Source of the DNA: Octopus sinensis
Taxonomy: Eukaryota
Assembly (NCBI RefSeq): GCF_006345805.1
Contig: NC_043009.1
Location: 50,220,001-50,284,000, forward strand
Reading direction: 5' to 3'
DNA: 64,000 nt
Translations under genes and position numbers: made by a program
The notes under the pieces: generated by a model
The model's input: the letters and a program-made list of their open reading frames with translations, nothing else
What the model was told of the DNA's origin: nothing
The model's database searches: none
In this document: piece by piece, positions 11,584 to 25,026 of the stretch
Position numbering within the stretch: the stretch's first letter is position 1
Layout of the letters: every line of letters begins with the position of its first letter

Positions 11584-13010
11584 GGTTTAGATGGGACACA
11601 TTGGGGTTGGGTTTCTATGCCCACATACACGTTTTGATACCAACCCTCATCTTGTTCCATGCAAAGAAGAAATCCCTCAGGCTATCGAACAACAAACAAC
11701 GCAGATTTGATGATGCAGAAAAGTGGAAACAAATGACACTACTTAAATTAACATTTTGTTTACAGAATTTATGCATCAGGTCAAGAAACCCACCAGGCAC
11801 ACTTATAGAGTGGATTTCAAGCAAAGGATACACAATTATGTTGTATCAAATGCTGCATGGGCAGAAGAAGTTGTTTTTTGCTTTCCCACATGAATACATC
11901 TTTATGTGAAAGTGCTGCATCGTCAGTCATGGTTTCCATTGGTTGCTAGTGACTGAATCTTTTGTGAGCCATAGACAGAGGAACATTTATGATGGCACTG
12001 CATGTATAGCATTCACAAGAATGAAATACTGCTACTTTCATTACTTCAAGCACACAAGAAGCATTGTTCAGATGGAAGCAGTCATGATTTCCTGGTCACC
12101 TGTATGGCTGTGTCCTCTGTTGAAGTGCCATATGGCTGAAGCCATTGTCTTCATTGAGCACCAATGGACAAACAATAATTTTAGGCATTTTTACTTCTGT
12201 TTACTTCGTAATTTTTATCTTTTATTTATTGGCATTGCTAGGATATTGACAAATTTCACATATGTATGGATGTATATAAAAGTGTTTCTGTTCTTTGTCT
12301 TCAGTGTGCATGTGCTAATTGAAATTGCAGTCACCATTAATATTAAAAGTTTCACTTGCTTGCAATCTTCTGCATAAACATGCCCAGCCAATAAGCTATT
12401 CATTGTTTGATGAAATAGGGGGACATTACTTAACCTGAAAACAATTGAAAATTGGTAATGGGAAGAGCATCCACTGATAGAAAAATCTGCTTCAACAAGT
12501 ATTACCTACCCCGTACAACTATGGAAAAGTGGATATTCAGTCAATGACAACAATGATATATATATTATCATTATCATCATCAATATTTTAATAACTACTT
12601 TTCCATGTTTTCAGACAAAATTTAAGGGTAGATTTTCTACAACCGTATGCCCTTGTTCTCAACTCTCACCTATTACCAAGCAAAATGATATTATACCATG
12701 GCCAGATATGTTTACATAGATTGGAAACCAATGACATCGCTTATATGAATGGTAACACTTCTTTACAACCATCTCATAATGTCAAGACAAGAATACACAG
12801 ATATAAACACAGCCACATGCACACTATAAACATAAACACACATAAAATAGGCTTCTTCTAGGTTTTGTGTATCAAATCTGCTCACCAGGTTAGGTTATCC
12901 TGGTGTAATATAACTGAAGACAATTTGCCTATATATGTGTACATATATTATATGTATATATTATCCACCAATGCAGTGTTGAGCACTCATTCCAACGTTC
13001 TACTTTTACG

Positions 13011-13050
<40 letters not shown>

Positions 13051-14140
13051 ATATATATAAATATAGATAAATGGTACAACAAGACACCAATATATATATA
13101 TATATATATAACAATTTAATAAATAAAACATATGCATACATACATACATATATGTACAAACATACATCTATATGTATATACACATGCATATATGAGTACA
13201 GGACACCACAAATAAACGTAGAACACAATGAGAAACGAAAACATAGAAACAAAACACGCACACACATACGCACATACATATGTACATACATACTTAGGTA
13301 TCATATACGCATATACATGCGTATGTGAAAATACAATAGACTTGTATATATTTATATATGCATTATACATACATACACACACATAGTATATATGTGTGTC
13401 TATGTGTCTCTGTGTGTGCACACATACATGCATCCCCAATACTGACACTTTTCGATATATTTGTTTCTCTATTATTTATATTTATTGATTTACTTTATTC
13501 CTCTCCATTCAACAAGTCATTAGTTCAAACTTATTCAATCATAAAGAAATGGTAATTTGGTTTCCTAATTCTCTCTTATAACATAATCACTCTCTCATTT
13601 CATATGTGCCTCTCTTTGTCTGTCTGTCTACCTCTCTGTTTCTATCTCTCTATCTCTCTCCGTAAATACCGAAACTGCTTAAGAAGGAAAAAAAAAACCA
13701 GTCTTATAATAGATGCCTTATTCTCCTCATCATCTCTCTTTTTTTATTACTTTCTTGTTTTCTCTCACCTTTCACTATCCTCATCTTCTCTTCTCTGACT
13801 CGCTTCCTTCTTCTCACTTGCCTCATCATCATTCTCACTCCTGTCATTTTTCTCTAATGAACCTCTCCTGTCATCAACCTCTACTTGTCTTATCCCTCCC
13901 CATCTCCTCTCTTCTTACTTTCCCCACGTGATTTCTTTTCTCACATTTTCCATCATCTCCCACCTCTCCCCTCACCATCATGATTATAAATACTAACACT
14001 ATTTTCAAATGTAGTAGAACAGAAAGATGAAAATAGTTTATGTAAGTGCGTGTGTACATGCATACACACACTCAATTCTTTAAATGAAAAAGCATGGATA
14101 ATATGATTTGTGTGTGTGTGTATATCTATCTATCTATCTA

Positions 14141-14206
<66 letters not shown>

Positions 14207-14218
14207 ACTGTGTGTGTA

Positions 14219-14410
14219 CCGTTGGCGATTTTTTTTCCTCTGTCTTCCCTTCTCTGGATCTTTCCTTCTCCTATGTTTCCGACGAAGAGCTCCACTCGAA
14301 ACGTTAAGCCCTCCTTCTTTCCTTCTTTCCTGAGCGTCCAATAATACTATATTTATTCCACGTCCTCACGTTGTTGTGTTTTTTTCTGCTTTCTTGTTTG
14401 GATTAACTAT
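14219..14410 (+). mobile_element. Short Penelope-like terminal fragment between microsatellites
   Basis: Contains TTTCCGACGAAGAGCTCCACTCGAAACGTTAAG, the GAxGA...CGAAACG signature of PLE-associated minimal hammerheads. It is CpG-rich and bounded by (TG)n and (TA)n. Confidence 0.5.
14275..14309 (+). ncRNA. Minimal type I hammerhead-like motif with a U4-to-C core variant
   Basis: Stem I GTTT (14275-78) / AAGC (14306-09). Core CCGACGA (14279-85) plus an extra A. Stem II GAG/CTC with loop CTCCA. GAAA at 14298-14301, palindromic ACGT stem III, and a GUU triplet (cleavage after 14305). Confidence 0.45.
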
Positions 14411-15486
14411 ATATATATATATATATATATATAGATGAACCAACTTCACGGCAGGAGGGGCAGATGAGGGCAGCTGCATCGAACTCTCTCATGCACCAAA
14501 TAGCAGTTGCTAGAAAGCCTCCATGAAGTGAAACCAAGTAGCAACACCAAATGGCGGTGCCCCAGCATGGCCACAGCTCATAAGCTGAAACTAGAATCAA
14601 TCAATCAATCAATCAATCATATATATATATATATACATATACACATACATACATAGACACACAAACTCTTTTATGTTGAATTTGTGAAAAACAGTGCTAA
14701 GATTGTACTAAGTACAAAATGCCTATAATTAATAAGGAGGAGGAGGAGGATGACGACGACGACAAATAAAGATAAATGGAGAAAAAGTGGAAATCTTGAG
14801 AAATAAGAAAAAATGCTACAGTAAAAATTACATGTCAAAAATATGGCAGTCTTGAGAAAGACTCACATATCTCTGTTTTCTTAGATTTCTTTAGATGTAT
14901 CTTCCTCTAAATGTAATCTTGGGAATTCAGACATCTGGAACACTAACATCCTTCACAGACATCCTCAGGTACCTTGAAGCATTCAACTCCTTACACAAAC
15001 CATTCCTCCCACTTCCTTGCTGCCACTACCTCCCACTCAAATTCCTTAATGTTCAAACAGGTACAAAGAAACTATACTTATGGCTAAATTAAATCATTTC
15101 TTCTTCTGCGTCTTCTCTACCTTCTCCCTCCTATTACTCTGCCCTCCCCTTTTTTTTTTCTGCCTTTCTTCCCCGTTTAGAGCTGCATGCAAAGTGTCTT
15201 TGGAATATTTCTCACCGATTGAAGATCAATAGGTAGAAAGGTGGATATGCAGGAAGATAGAGGGAAGCTAGATAGACAAATAGATAGATGGTAGGTAGAT
15301 AGATAGATAGATACATACATAAATACATACATACACAGGTGTGTACATACATACATACACACATACGCACGTACATACATACATACATACATACATGTAC
15401 AGATAGATAGAGATTGTTAGATAGGTAGGTAGATTATATAGATAGAATAAAAGAGAAAGATAGATTGCTATGTGTCTTTATTGTCT

Positions 15487-15634
15487 TCATTTATCTAAGT
15501 TCGATAATTTGCCTTCAGCTGTGCAACAAGTGGTTAAAGCTTTGGTGAAGGCCAATAATGCTTTTTGCTTAGGAAAACGGTTGAGTTTCTGGAGCAGCAA
15601 TTTTTTCTGCGCAATAACTCTCACCAATTCATTC
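15487..15634 (-). CDS. Candidate terminal coding exon (phase 2; NELVRVIAQKKLLLQKLNRFPKQKALLAFTKALTTCCTAEGKLSNLDK*)
   Basis: Acceptor atgtattag; only one open frame (48 codons to TGA); exon-like composition against repeat-rich flanks. Confidence 0.5.
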
Positions 15635-16902
15635 CTAATACATAGTGAACAAAAAGATGAGTCATAACTACCTACCTACCATATTCAAGAATGCCTTCTT
15701 TTTGTATGACAGTTAGGTATTTATTTGTCTCTTCACAGATATAACTGTTTTTCTTTCTATTTTAGGTTTTTGTGTGTGTTTGTTTGCTTGTGTTTTTTTA
15801 AATGAAGTCCACATTAGGATCAACAAAGATTTTCAAACTGTTTGTTTCAGACGAATTACAATAAAATAGCATTTGTTATTCTTATTTATTGCTAATATAT
15901 ATTTTTTTCATAAATATTTATCAAATATCATGCAAAAGAATAATTTAGTGTATGTGGTGGTGGGGGGTAAATTTTTTTTTATTTAATTTTTTTTTTTTTT
16001 TTGTGTGTGCCTTTTTTTTTTTATTTGTATCTTCCTATTTTATGGAAGCAATGCAGATAAGAAGAGAAATTGTTAATAGTTTTACAACCAGAAAAGAAAA
16101 ACAAAATCTAAAGCAGTTTACAACTGGGAAGTGAATGACATAAGGTATAATATTGTCATTTTTGTCATCAGCTGCTGCTAATATTTCATCGTGATTGTAA
16201 ACTATTAACAATTTCTCTTATCTACTGCCTCAATAGAATAGTGAGCAAAGAAAACAGATGAGGAGTGGGGAAATGTTATTTAATAAACATTTACGAACAA
16301 CATAAGCAAAAATGCTACATATAAATTATATGCACACATGTGTGTTGGATACACACATAAACACACGTGCATAAACAAAAGCATTTACATACACAAATAC
16401 TTTCCAATAAAAATAATGTTCTTTAAAGATAACATTTACATTTTTTAAATTGACAAATTTCCTTTACAAATGGCATTTGGAATTATATTCATTCTTAATC
16501 ATCTCTCTCTCTCTCTTTCTCTCTTCCCCTCCCCCCTCTCACAAAAACAGTTGAATGTGTGCTCTTAAGCATATGCAATAATGTTCATTTATCAGTGAAG
16601 AGTTTCCAACATCTGGAGAAGTTGAAGATGATGATAGAAAACTGGACTATATGCTTTAACTGCTCCTAGCTAAGTACTTTAAAAGCCTGTACTGAAATCT
16701 AACAGAAATTGATATTACCCATTTCAACTCAGTGAACTTTAAGAGAAAAACAAAAAATAAATGAATATCAGTAATATACTGGTGATGAGTCAATTATATT
16801 TAGCTTTTTCTTCACGCAACACAAAAAAATAAAGAGTTGGAGGAAAATATTATTATTGTTATAGTCTCTTCTTAAGATGTAAAGACATATCAAGTGTTTC
16901 AC

Positions 16903-16954
16903 CAATGGTTTGGCCCAGTGAGTTGAGAACCTGGACTTCCTCTGTGTGACCAAC
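16903..16954 (-). CDS. Candidate exon (52 nt, phase 1-2; WSHRGSPGSQLTGPNH), or a phase-0 terminal exon to 16859 (VGHTEEVQVLNSLGQTIGETLDMSLHLKKRL*)
   Basis: Acceptor tattccgtatag, donor TTG|gtgaaa; GC-richer than the flanks; frame ambiguous. Confidence 0.4.
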
Positions 16955-17839
16955 CTATACGGAATACATATTTAGTTACTGTGTGGCCCCAGGTCAATAT
17001 TGAGTCAGTCATTGGCATGCAGGTAGTCAACCAAGCAACAATTCATGTTTCTGTCTAGCCAAGGGCTATGCTGTGTATCTTGGCATGTAGTAATTGATCA
17101 CATAGGGTAACATATTAGACACATTGCACCCTCTCCACTGTCTAGTCTTTTCCTGTACACATGCAGATTTTGGTGGAGATAAAAAGAGCAGTCAATTCCC
17201 CTTAATCACATCCTGTTCTCTTTAAAAAGAAATAAAATCAGAATGGTCATGGCTGGATTGCTTCTGATCAGTGATATTCTCAGTTAAGACTGGCCAGGGA
17301 CTAAGCAATTAAAATAATACCTTGTTTGTAATTTCATCATCAGTATCAATAGATACCATCACTATTGCTATCATAAATATCAACCAGACAGCAATCATAG
17401 AAAGATTGCCTTCTATGTTGATATGATATATTTTGATTTTTATGACCAATTTTATCCTTGCTGTGTCCATCAAGCATTTGTTTCTAAATCTATAAAAACA
17501 CTCTTCAAACTCAGACTAAACTAATTCACAGATTTAAGTTAGCATTGTATAAATTGTACTTTAATTTCATTCTGTTTAATATCCAGTTTTCAATATTCCC
17601 ATGAATGATATGGAGCTGGATATCCCTTGCTATTGTTAACTCCTCGATAGTGAAGTAGGGATGGAGTTCTCATGCAGTTGTGAGCCTTGCTCAAAGTCAC
17701 AAGGATCAAGTTTGGTTAGAAGATATAGGCAAGTGGTCAATCCAGCAACTAACTACAGAACCAATGTGTCTTGCACAACCTCTGATTATTGAGTTTTTCT
17801 CTTCTTTCTTTTTGTATTAATTTATCCACTCCAAAATAA

Positions 17840-18051
17840 GGATTTCAAATTTTGTCAAGGCCAGCAAGTTCAGGGGACAGAGTAAGTCAATTACATCAAC
17901 CCTCCAGTATTCAACTGCTACTTATCTAATCAACCCAGAAAGGATGAAAAGCAAAGTTGACCTCAGCAGCATTTGAACTCGGAACATAAAGACAGACGAA
18001 AATGCCACTAAACATTTTACAGTGTGCAAACAATTCTGCCAGCTCACTGTC
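17840..18051 (-). mobile_element. tRNA-derived SINE with a Deu/Nin-like central domain and an 18-bp target-site duplication
   Basis: The minus strand has head GAGCTGGCAGAATTG, B-box GAGTTCAAATGC and body CTTTTCATCCTTTCTGGGTTGATT. It is flanked by TTATCCA(C/T)TCCAAAATAA at 17822-17839 and 18052-18069. Confidence 0.8.
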
Positions 18052-19038
18052 TTATCCATTCCAAAATAATGTCACTTATCTGTAGCTTCAATATACAGAC
18101 TATTCTAATTCTAGCTGTTTTGCATTATAAATTCTGAAAGCTGCTTTACACTCACCTCATTTATTTGGAAGAATTATATGTCCATTATTTTTATGATATT
18201 CTCACTCAAATCCTTCACACTATTTCACTTTTATTGGTTGAATGCCAATAGCAGGTCTAAAGACCAAAATAGTTACATTCTTGTCTGAGTAAGATGTTTA
18301 CTATTAAAACCAATTCCAATTGACAAGGTGTGATATTAGATATGGTCAGTCAAGTAAATTAATGCAGCAAACTATGGTCACTTCATTCTCTATTTTCTCC
18401 TCCTACACTTCTTCACTACAACAGTGTACAACTACATTAAGATGTATTTTTATCCCTAATGATAGATATATGGCTTGTTCATATCAATGTATTATTAAAC
18501 AGTTTAATGATATCCATCATATTTATTTACCATTATGATTTCTTAATTAAAAAATGATTTAATACTAGAGTTTTTGTTTTAAAAAAATGTTTTAAAATTC
18601 ATAATCATAAATAAATTGAAAAAAGAAAAAGAAATAAACAAGGAAAGAATTAACAGTTGTGTCAATTATAATTACACTGCTCAGAAATTTACCAGACCAA
18701 ACAACTGTATATTCTAACAAGATACAAATATGATATTACAATTTTAACGATTTATTTTGTTTTTATTTATTTATTTATTTATTTTTATTTTATGAATTCA
18801 TTAGTGATACCTAATATTGGTGTTCTGGTACTAGAACCATGTATTAAAAACAATAATTCAAAATATTAAACCTATCCCAATTTATTTGAGAAATACAAGA
18901 GTACTTAACTCTGTATATGTGTGTGTGCGTGCGTGTGTGTGTGTTTGTGTGTGTGTGAAAAGACATGGTTATTTTGATCTATTTCTTTTATAGTTGGCGT
19001 GTGATTCTGGAAGAACAATAATGCCCCTTGGTAATCAC

Positions 19039-19078
19039 CATAATCTAGCTGAAGTATTTCAGTCAATATAGCTGGTCC
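19039..19078 (-). CDS. Candidate exon (40 nt, phase 0-1; GPAILTEILQLDY)
   Basis: Acceptor catatcag; only one open frame, which continues as GDYQGALLFFQNHTPTIKEID if the TATG|gtgatt donor is not used. The 3' boundary is uncertain. Confidence 0.35.
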
Positions 19079-20146
19079 CTGATATGTTATCATTCAAAAG
19101 TAGCAAAATTGAAACTGAAATATCAGTGCAAAATGGAAAATTAAACTGATATAGAATTATAATTAATGGTAGTTATGGAAACCTAAGATGGCACTGACCT
19201 CATTGATTGCAAGATTCCATTTCAAGGAAATGAAAAATCTACAAGTACAGTAGAAGCACTGTCAACATACCAACAACAACAAAATAGAAGCAGAGATCAC
19301 CAACCAGCTCTTAACAGATTTCACCACCCCAAAACATCCAATTCCATTAGTTGACAGCTATCTAATTGAGATGTAACCTGGGTGGGGAAAGATGAAATAA
19401 ACTGGAACCCATACCTAATAGAGATAAGCAGTAGAGTAGGCCGACCTGAACAGCAATAACTTACCAATAAAAATCTAACTCAACAGCAGCAACAACAACA
19501 ACAAGAATGGCAATAACAAATAATAGCTCTAATGAGAGAACTGTAATAATTGGAAGGAAAATTGAAAGTAGATTAGCTCAGAGATTACCCGACCCACAGG
19601 TTACTGAACAGAGAGGATTGAAGTAAGTTTAATTAATTACACTATTGCAGACAGTGACTGTGACTAAGTTGCACGAATTGGCAGCCATCTATGGTATTTA
19701 ATTAGCAACATCGTTGCAACACTGAGGAAAGTATATAATTACATCAAATCATTTGTTTGCAGATGATGAACTTCTTGGAAATCATTTTAAAATAAGAAGA
19801 ATAAAGCAACCACTTTTATAGCAGCAGTGAGCTGTGAAGAATAATTTTAATTCTATAATTTTGAATGAAGTAAAATTACAATAAAATATTTAAACTGAAA
19901 ATATTTAAATTGAAAATTACAAAATAAACAAACAAAACCAATTATCTTCTTGTTGCATGCATATGATACATAAATTCCAGATTCAATATTTTTAGTGATT
20001 GTCCTAAGCATTGTGATACAGAAATGGAAATAGTGGTTTCTTTACATAGGCATGAAACTCTGAGAATTGTAGTGGTGGAGGTGGTGATGGCTTATTTTGA
20101 AAGGGGAAAGAAAATGAGTTATGGTGTGTGTGTGTGGTGTGTGTGT

Positions 20147-20187
<41 letters not shown>

Positions 20188-20209
20188 AGTATGTATGTAT
20201 GTATGTATG

Positions 20210-20274
<65 letters not shown>

Positions 20275-20277
<3 letters not shown>

Positions 20278-20708
20278 AGCATGGAAAACAGAGATTAAAT
20301 GATGATGATATATGTCTTTTATCTTTTACTTGTTTCAGTTATTAGGCTGTGGCCATGCTGGGGCACCAGCTTGAAGAATTTTTAGTCAAATGAATCGACT
20401 CTAGTATTTTTGTTAAGCATAGTATATATTCTAGCTGCCTGTTTTTGCTGAACTGCTAAATTACAGGGACATAAACACAACACCAGTTGTCAAGGGGTGG
20501 TGGGGGACAAACACAAACACAAAGACATGCACACACACACACACATATGATGGGCTTCATTCAGTTTCTGTCTACTAAATCCATTCACAAGGCTTTAGTC
20601 AACCTCAGGTTATAGTAGAAGACACTTGCTCAAGATGCCACACGGTAGGACTGAACTCAGGACCATGTGTTTGGGAAGTAACCTTTGAACCACAAAGCCA
20701 TGCCTCCA

Positions 20709-20797
<89 letters not shown>

Positions 20798-21228
20798 AGC
20801 ATGGAAAACAGAGATTAAATGATGATGATATATGTCTTTTATCTTTTACTTGTTTCAGTTATTAGGCTGTGGCCATGCTGGGGCACCAGCTTGAAGAATT
20901 TTTAGTCAAATGAATCGACTCTAGTATTTTTGTTAAGCATAGTATATATTCTAGCTGCCTGTTTTTGCTGAACTGCTAAATTACAGGGACATAAACACAA
21001 CACCAGTTGTCAAGGGGTGGTGGGGGACAAACACAAACACAAAGACATGCACACACACACACACATATGATGGGCTTCATTCAGTTTCTGTCTACTAAAT
21101 CCATTCACAAGGCTTTAGTCAACCTCAGGTTATAGTAGAAGACACTTGCTCAAGATGCCACACGGTAGGACTGAACTCAGGACCATGTGTTTGGGAAGTA
21201 ACCTTTGAACCACAAAGCCATGCCTCCA

Positions 21229-21230
<2 letters not shown>
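20275..21230. repeat. Perfect tandem duplication (520-bp period) of a minus-strand CORE-like SINE plus a (GAT) tail remnant, separated by (TA)n
   Basis: 20275-20710 and 20795-21230 are identical as far as I can read, at an offset of exactly 520. Confidence 0.9.
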
Positions 21231-21267
<37 letters not shown>

Positions 21268-21556
21268 GAAATAAATGTATCAGTGATCTAGAAGTGGCTC
21301 CAGCTAGTGTACTATGTCTCAAGCTTAGTTTCCTCAAATCTAAGCCTATTAGCTATACAAATACTATTTCTAAGACTTCAGATGTATATTTAAATGATTT
21401 TATATAACAGTGGGACTAAAGAAAAATATTCTGCTCTAAATGGTCTTAATTACAGAGTCAATACTTGGGCAAAATAGCATTCTTTTCTTTTATTTCTGAT
21501 ACAATCATTAAAATACAATAGAATACAGATAGTACATTGAGTCTTATATTTCATGC

Positions 21557-21744
21557 TGATTTAAGACTTTTCTTAGTTTTAGCCATTCAGCTGTGGCTGT
21601 TCTACAGTACCACAATTCATGGCTATGCTAGGGTACCACTAAGCATGGAGAAGTATACTTCAACAAATGAAAAAGTGCGGAAATGAAGAAAACATTTGTA
21701 ACTTATTATTGCAGCATTTGTAACATCCATCTCCCCTTACTCTT
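21557..21744. repeat. Unclassified dispersed repeat, copy B (inverted relative to 10161-10348)
   Basis: Reverse complement of copy A, ~94% identical. Confidence 0.85.
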
Positions 21745-24700
21745 CTATACAAATATAACAAAAGATTAAAGTCAATCTCCGGTAAAAAGATAATATAAGG
21801 TTTTAGGAATAAAATTCTGCATTTCAATGTATTTTTCTTATTTCAATAATTTTATTTGATGCTACTAATCAGAGACAATAAGCCCATTATTTTGTGTGTT
21901 TACATTACATGCATGTCAAAGTATGAGTGAGTATAGGATATCCATCCACTCTGCTTATGCTAATGGAGGAGCTACAGACCAGTAGTTTTACATTACTCAA
22001 GTTACAGTCCTGAACTGGATGCCAAATACAATTAAGTCAACTTGGCTGTCTGCCTAAAATTTTGGCTCTGAATTTAAATCATTTATATTTTTACATTAAT
22101 TTTCTAATGAAGAAATGGGATGGACAGATCTATCAAAATTGGAAAATAAAGAGAAATAACTCTTCCTTCATTGTTTTCTCAGCTTTAATAATCGTTTGCA
22201 CTACCACATCATAACAGTCTTGATATTTTAAATTCAATTATGCCCTGTTTCAGGTTGTCATGACAATTAATTCTACCTAAGTTTTCTATATTTTTAACTA
22301 CACTCAGGGAGTTAGGTAAAAATGTATATTTTTTCCCAGCTAAAATATGAAAATAATGCTATGATATGTGACAGCCACATCAACCAATAAATTATTTACT
22401 GAAAGAAACTAAATTCTTTAAGTACATATCAGTACTCCATGTTTCAACATTCACTTTTGATCTATGTACAAATATAATCTGAAGATGTATCTACAAAAAA
22501 CATTCATCATATCAATATATAATAAGAAATATACATATCTTTACCCTGCTCTATTCATACAAGTATGCTTCACCCAATACAAATCAAGTACTCTATGCAT
22601 TAACTGAGGTATAAATTAGCTATTGCAGTATACTGAAGTTCTCTTTTCTTTCTTTATTAATTCAAAAGGATAAAAAATAGTAATTTTCTTCTTCTCTCTT
22701 AAATTTATTCATTTATCTTTTATTTATTGTTTTTCAGTTTCAGAATGTGTGTTGTTGCTTATTTTCATGAGACCCATGACCCAGTAAGCTATGGTAAAAA
22801 GTCTTGTAGCTGTGGCTATTTTATCTTTTTTCCAGATATAGAGCATTTAATATAAGTTTTTAAAGATAGTTGGGTGCAATCTGAAGAAAATTTGATTTCT
22901 ATATCTAGCAAGTCAAATAGCTGTGTGAGATTCTCTGTTGTTAGCTTGAAATCTTTAGAGTAACGTCAAATGGAATAATGGGTGTATTACATATGTATTT
23001 TGGTAAAAAAAGGTTTCTATTCAGTAGCTTACATAAGATGAAAGCAGAGTTCAAGTAAAGATAAATTTAGATTCACATAACATGACTATAGTATTTAGTG
23101 GAAATAATCAACAGGATCTGGAACAGATCCCAAACACATCGATTGAATTAATAACTACAGCGTAATAATGAACTAGCAATCAGACCCTTTTAAATACGAA
23201 ATGCTACAATACCGAAATATGAAGATTCATCTAATTATGATGGTGCTCTATTGAAAAGAAAGGGGAAAGAGAATTAAGACCAGATCAAATTGACCTCAAA
23301 AGGTCAAAATGAAATGTCTTAAATGCATGGAAGAGAGAGAGAATTGGAGATAATCCACTTTTAGCAATGTGATTAAGTTGTTCTGACTGATGAAGAGAGC
23401 ACCTAAAGGATTTCTTACTTGGTCATTTCAATTTTCTAGACACCAGATTCAAATTTAACTGACAAGAAAGATCAGTTCCTGACCAGTCCATTCAAATAAC
23501 GTAAATTTGGCACCTAGATGGCATTGGAAGGAAGGTGAAAGGCTCAGAAATGGAGGGACAGAGCGGAGGTAGAGAGTGGGATGGGATGTCATGTGAGGTG
23601 CTTGGCAAGGGGCACTGTGAATAATGTTAGTAATCAGTTAATCTCCTGTCAACAGCAAAGATTAATTTGAGTGATGAGCAGTGTGTAGCACTCTCTGATA
23701 AAAAGGTTACATTAGCTGACGGCTGCAAGCCAGTAATTCACTAATGGCACAAGATAATAGAAACATATTAATTAACATTAACACAGAAATCTTAGTTGCT
23801 AAAGAGATATGAAGATGATTGTAAATTGTGATGCAGAATCAAATTTTGAATGGTAGCTGAAACTTCACAGAGCCAAAACTGAATAGATTCTTCAATAGCA
23901 TTGGAATTTAAAGAATATCTTAGAACGGCATCAGTTCAGAGAAGATTTAAGTCAGACAATTGAAATATATTGATAACAAGAAAAATGACTACATAAAAAG
24001 ATGATAGTTTAGAAATGTGGAAAATTTTCTAAAAGATCATAAATGTACACCACACATACACACACATACACACACACACACAAAAAAAGACATTTCAAGA
24101 ATGGAAATCTCTAACAATAAAGTGATTTTATAAAAGAAATATTCATTAATTTCACAAAGCATTGCTAATTTTTTTTTTCCTGGTGTTTCATATTCCAGAT
24201 ATTAGTGGAAATGTATAGAAATGGTGGAAATGAGAATAAATAGAATAAATATGGGTAGATTAATGATGGTCACCTATCAAAGATTTACATCTCATGGAAT
24301 AATTGATAAAGAACAGAATAAATGGAGGAAGGATAATTGAGAAGATTTACAACATGTAAAATTTCAAATGTCTGTGATAAACCAAATGTAAAATGAAAAC
24401 TTTAAGAGGCCTGAAAATTACAATATCAACTTCTAGCTACATATTTTATTGAATAAAATCAAAAAAATATTTAATGTTTAATTAATACATTATAACAACA
24501 TCAGTATGAAGAGACACTATTGCAAGCTGGAACTTAACATGCTGGTTCTGCCTCAAAATCCTATGTTGTATTAAATAAGATATTCAATCGAATATTTTCT
24601 ATAAACAAGACAATTAATTCTATAATTCATGGATATGAATTTCTTTGATATAATCTCTAAAAAGAAGACATTTATATTCTGAGAAAATATAAATAACATC

Positions 24701-24980
24701 AAAGATATAAAAAAAAATAAATATTTTAAACAATTTAAGTAAAGACCATCAATTTAATGTTTTGTAGCAAGTTTAGATAAAGCAGTTTATAATATTGATT
24801 GTAAAAGCTATTAGCTTATCCATTAATTAGGATGTTAAATCAGTACTCAATGATGCCGCCTTTTTGCAACGACGTCTATGTCAATTCCAATTCCTAAAAA
24901 AGTTAACCCTAAATGTCTGGTCTCATGTGCTTTTTTTTTCTTCGCAGTAGACACATCTTTTTTCATTTCTACCCACTTAC

Positions 24981-25026
24981 GTCACTTATTAACCCAATTC
25001 TCATCCACCATTCTTTCCACACCCGT
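24981..25026 (-). CDS. Candidate exon (46 nt, phase 2-0; RVWKEWWMRIGLISD)
   Basis: Very strong acceptor tttcgttttttttttttccag and perfect donor GAC|gtaagt; the other two frames have stops. Confidence 0.55.

Noticed and set aside
11600-12200. ORFs of 102 and 144 aa with balanced composition
   Set aside because: No recognisable motif, alternative start codons only, and no exon boundaries that fit the gene chain. Possibly an old TE.
23387-23415. CTGATGAAGAGAGCACCTAAAG hammerhead-like start
   Set aside because: No stem II closure, GAAA or cleavage triplet; chance heptamer.
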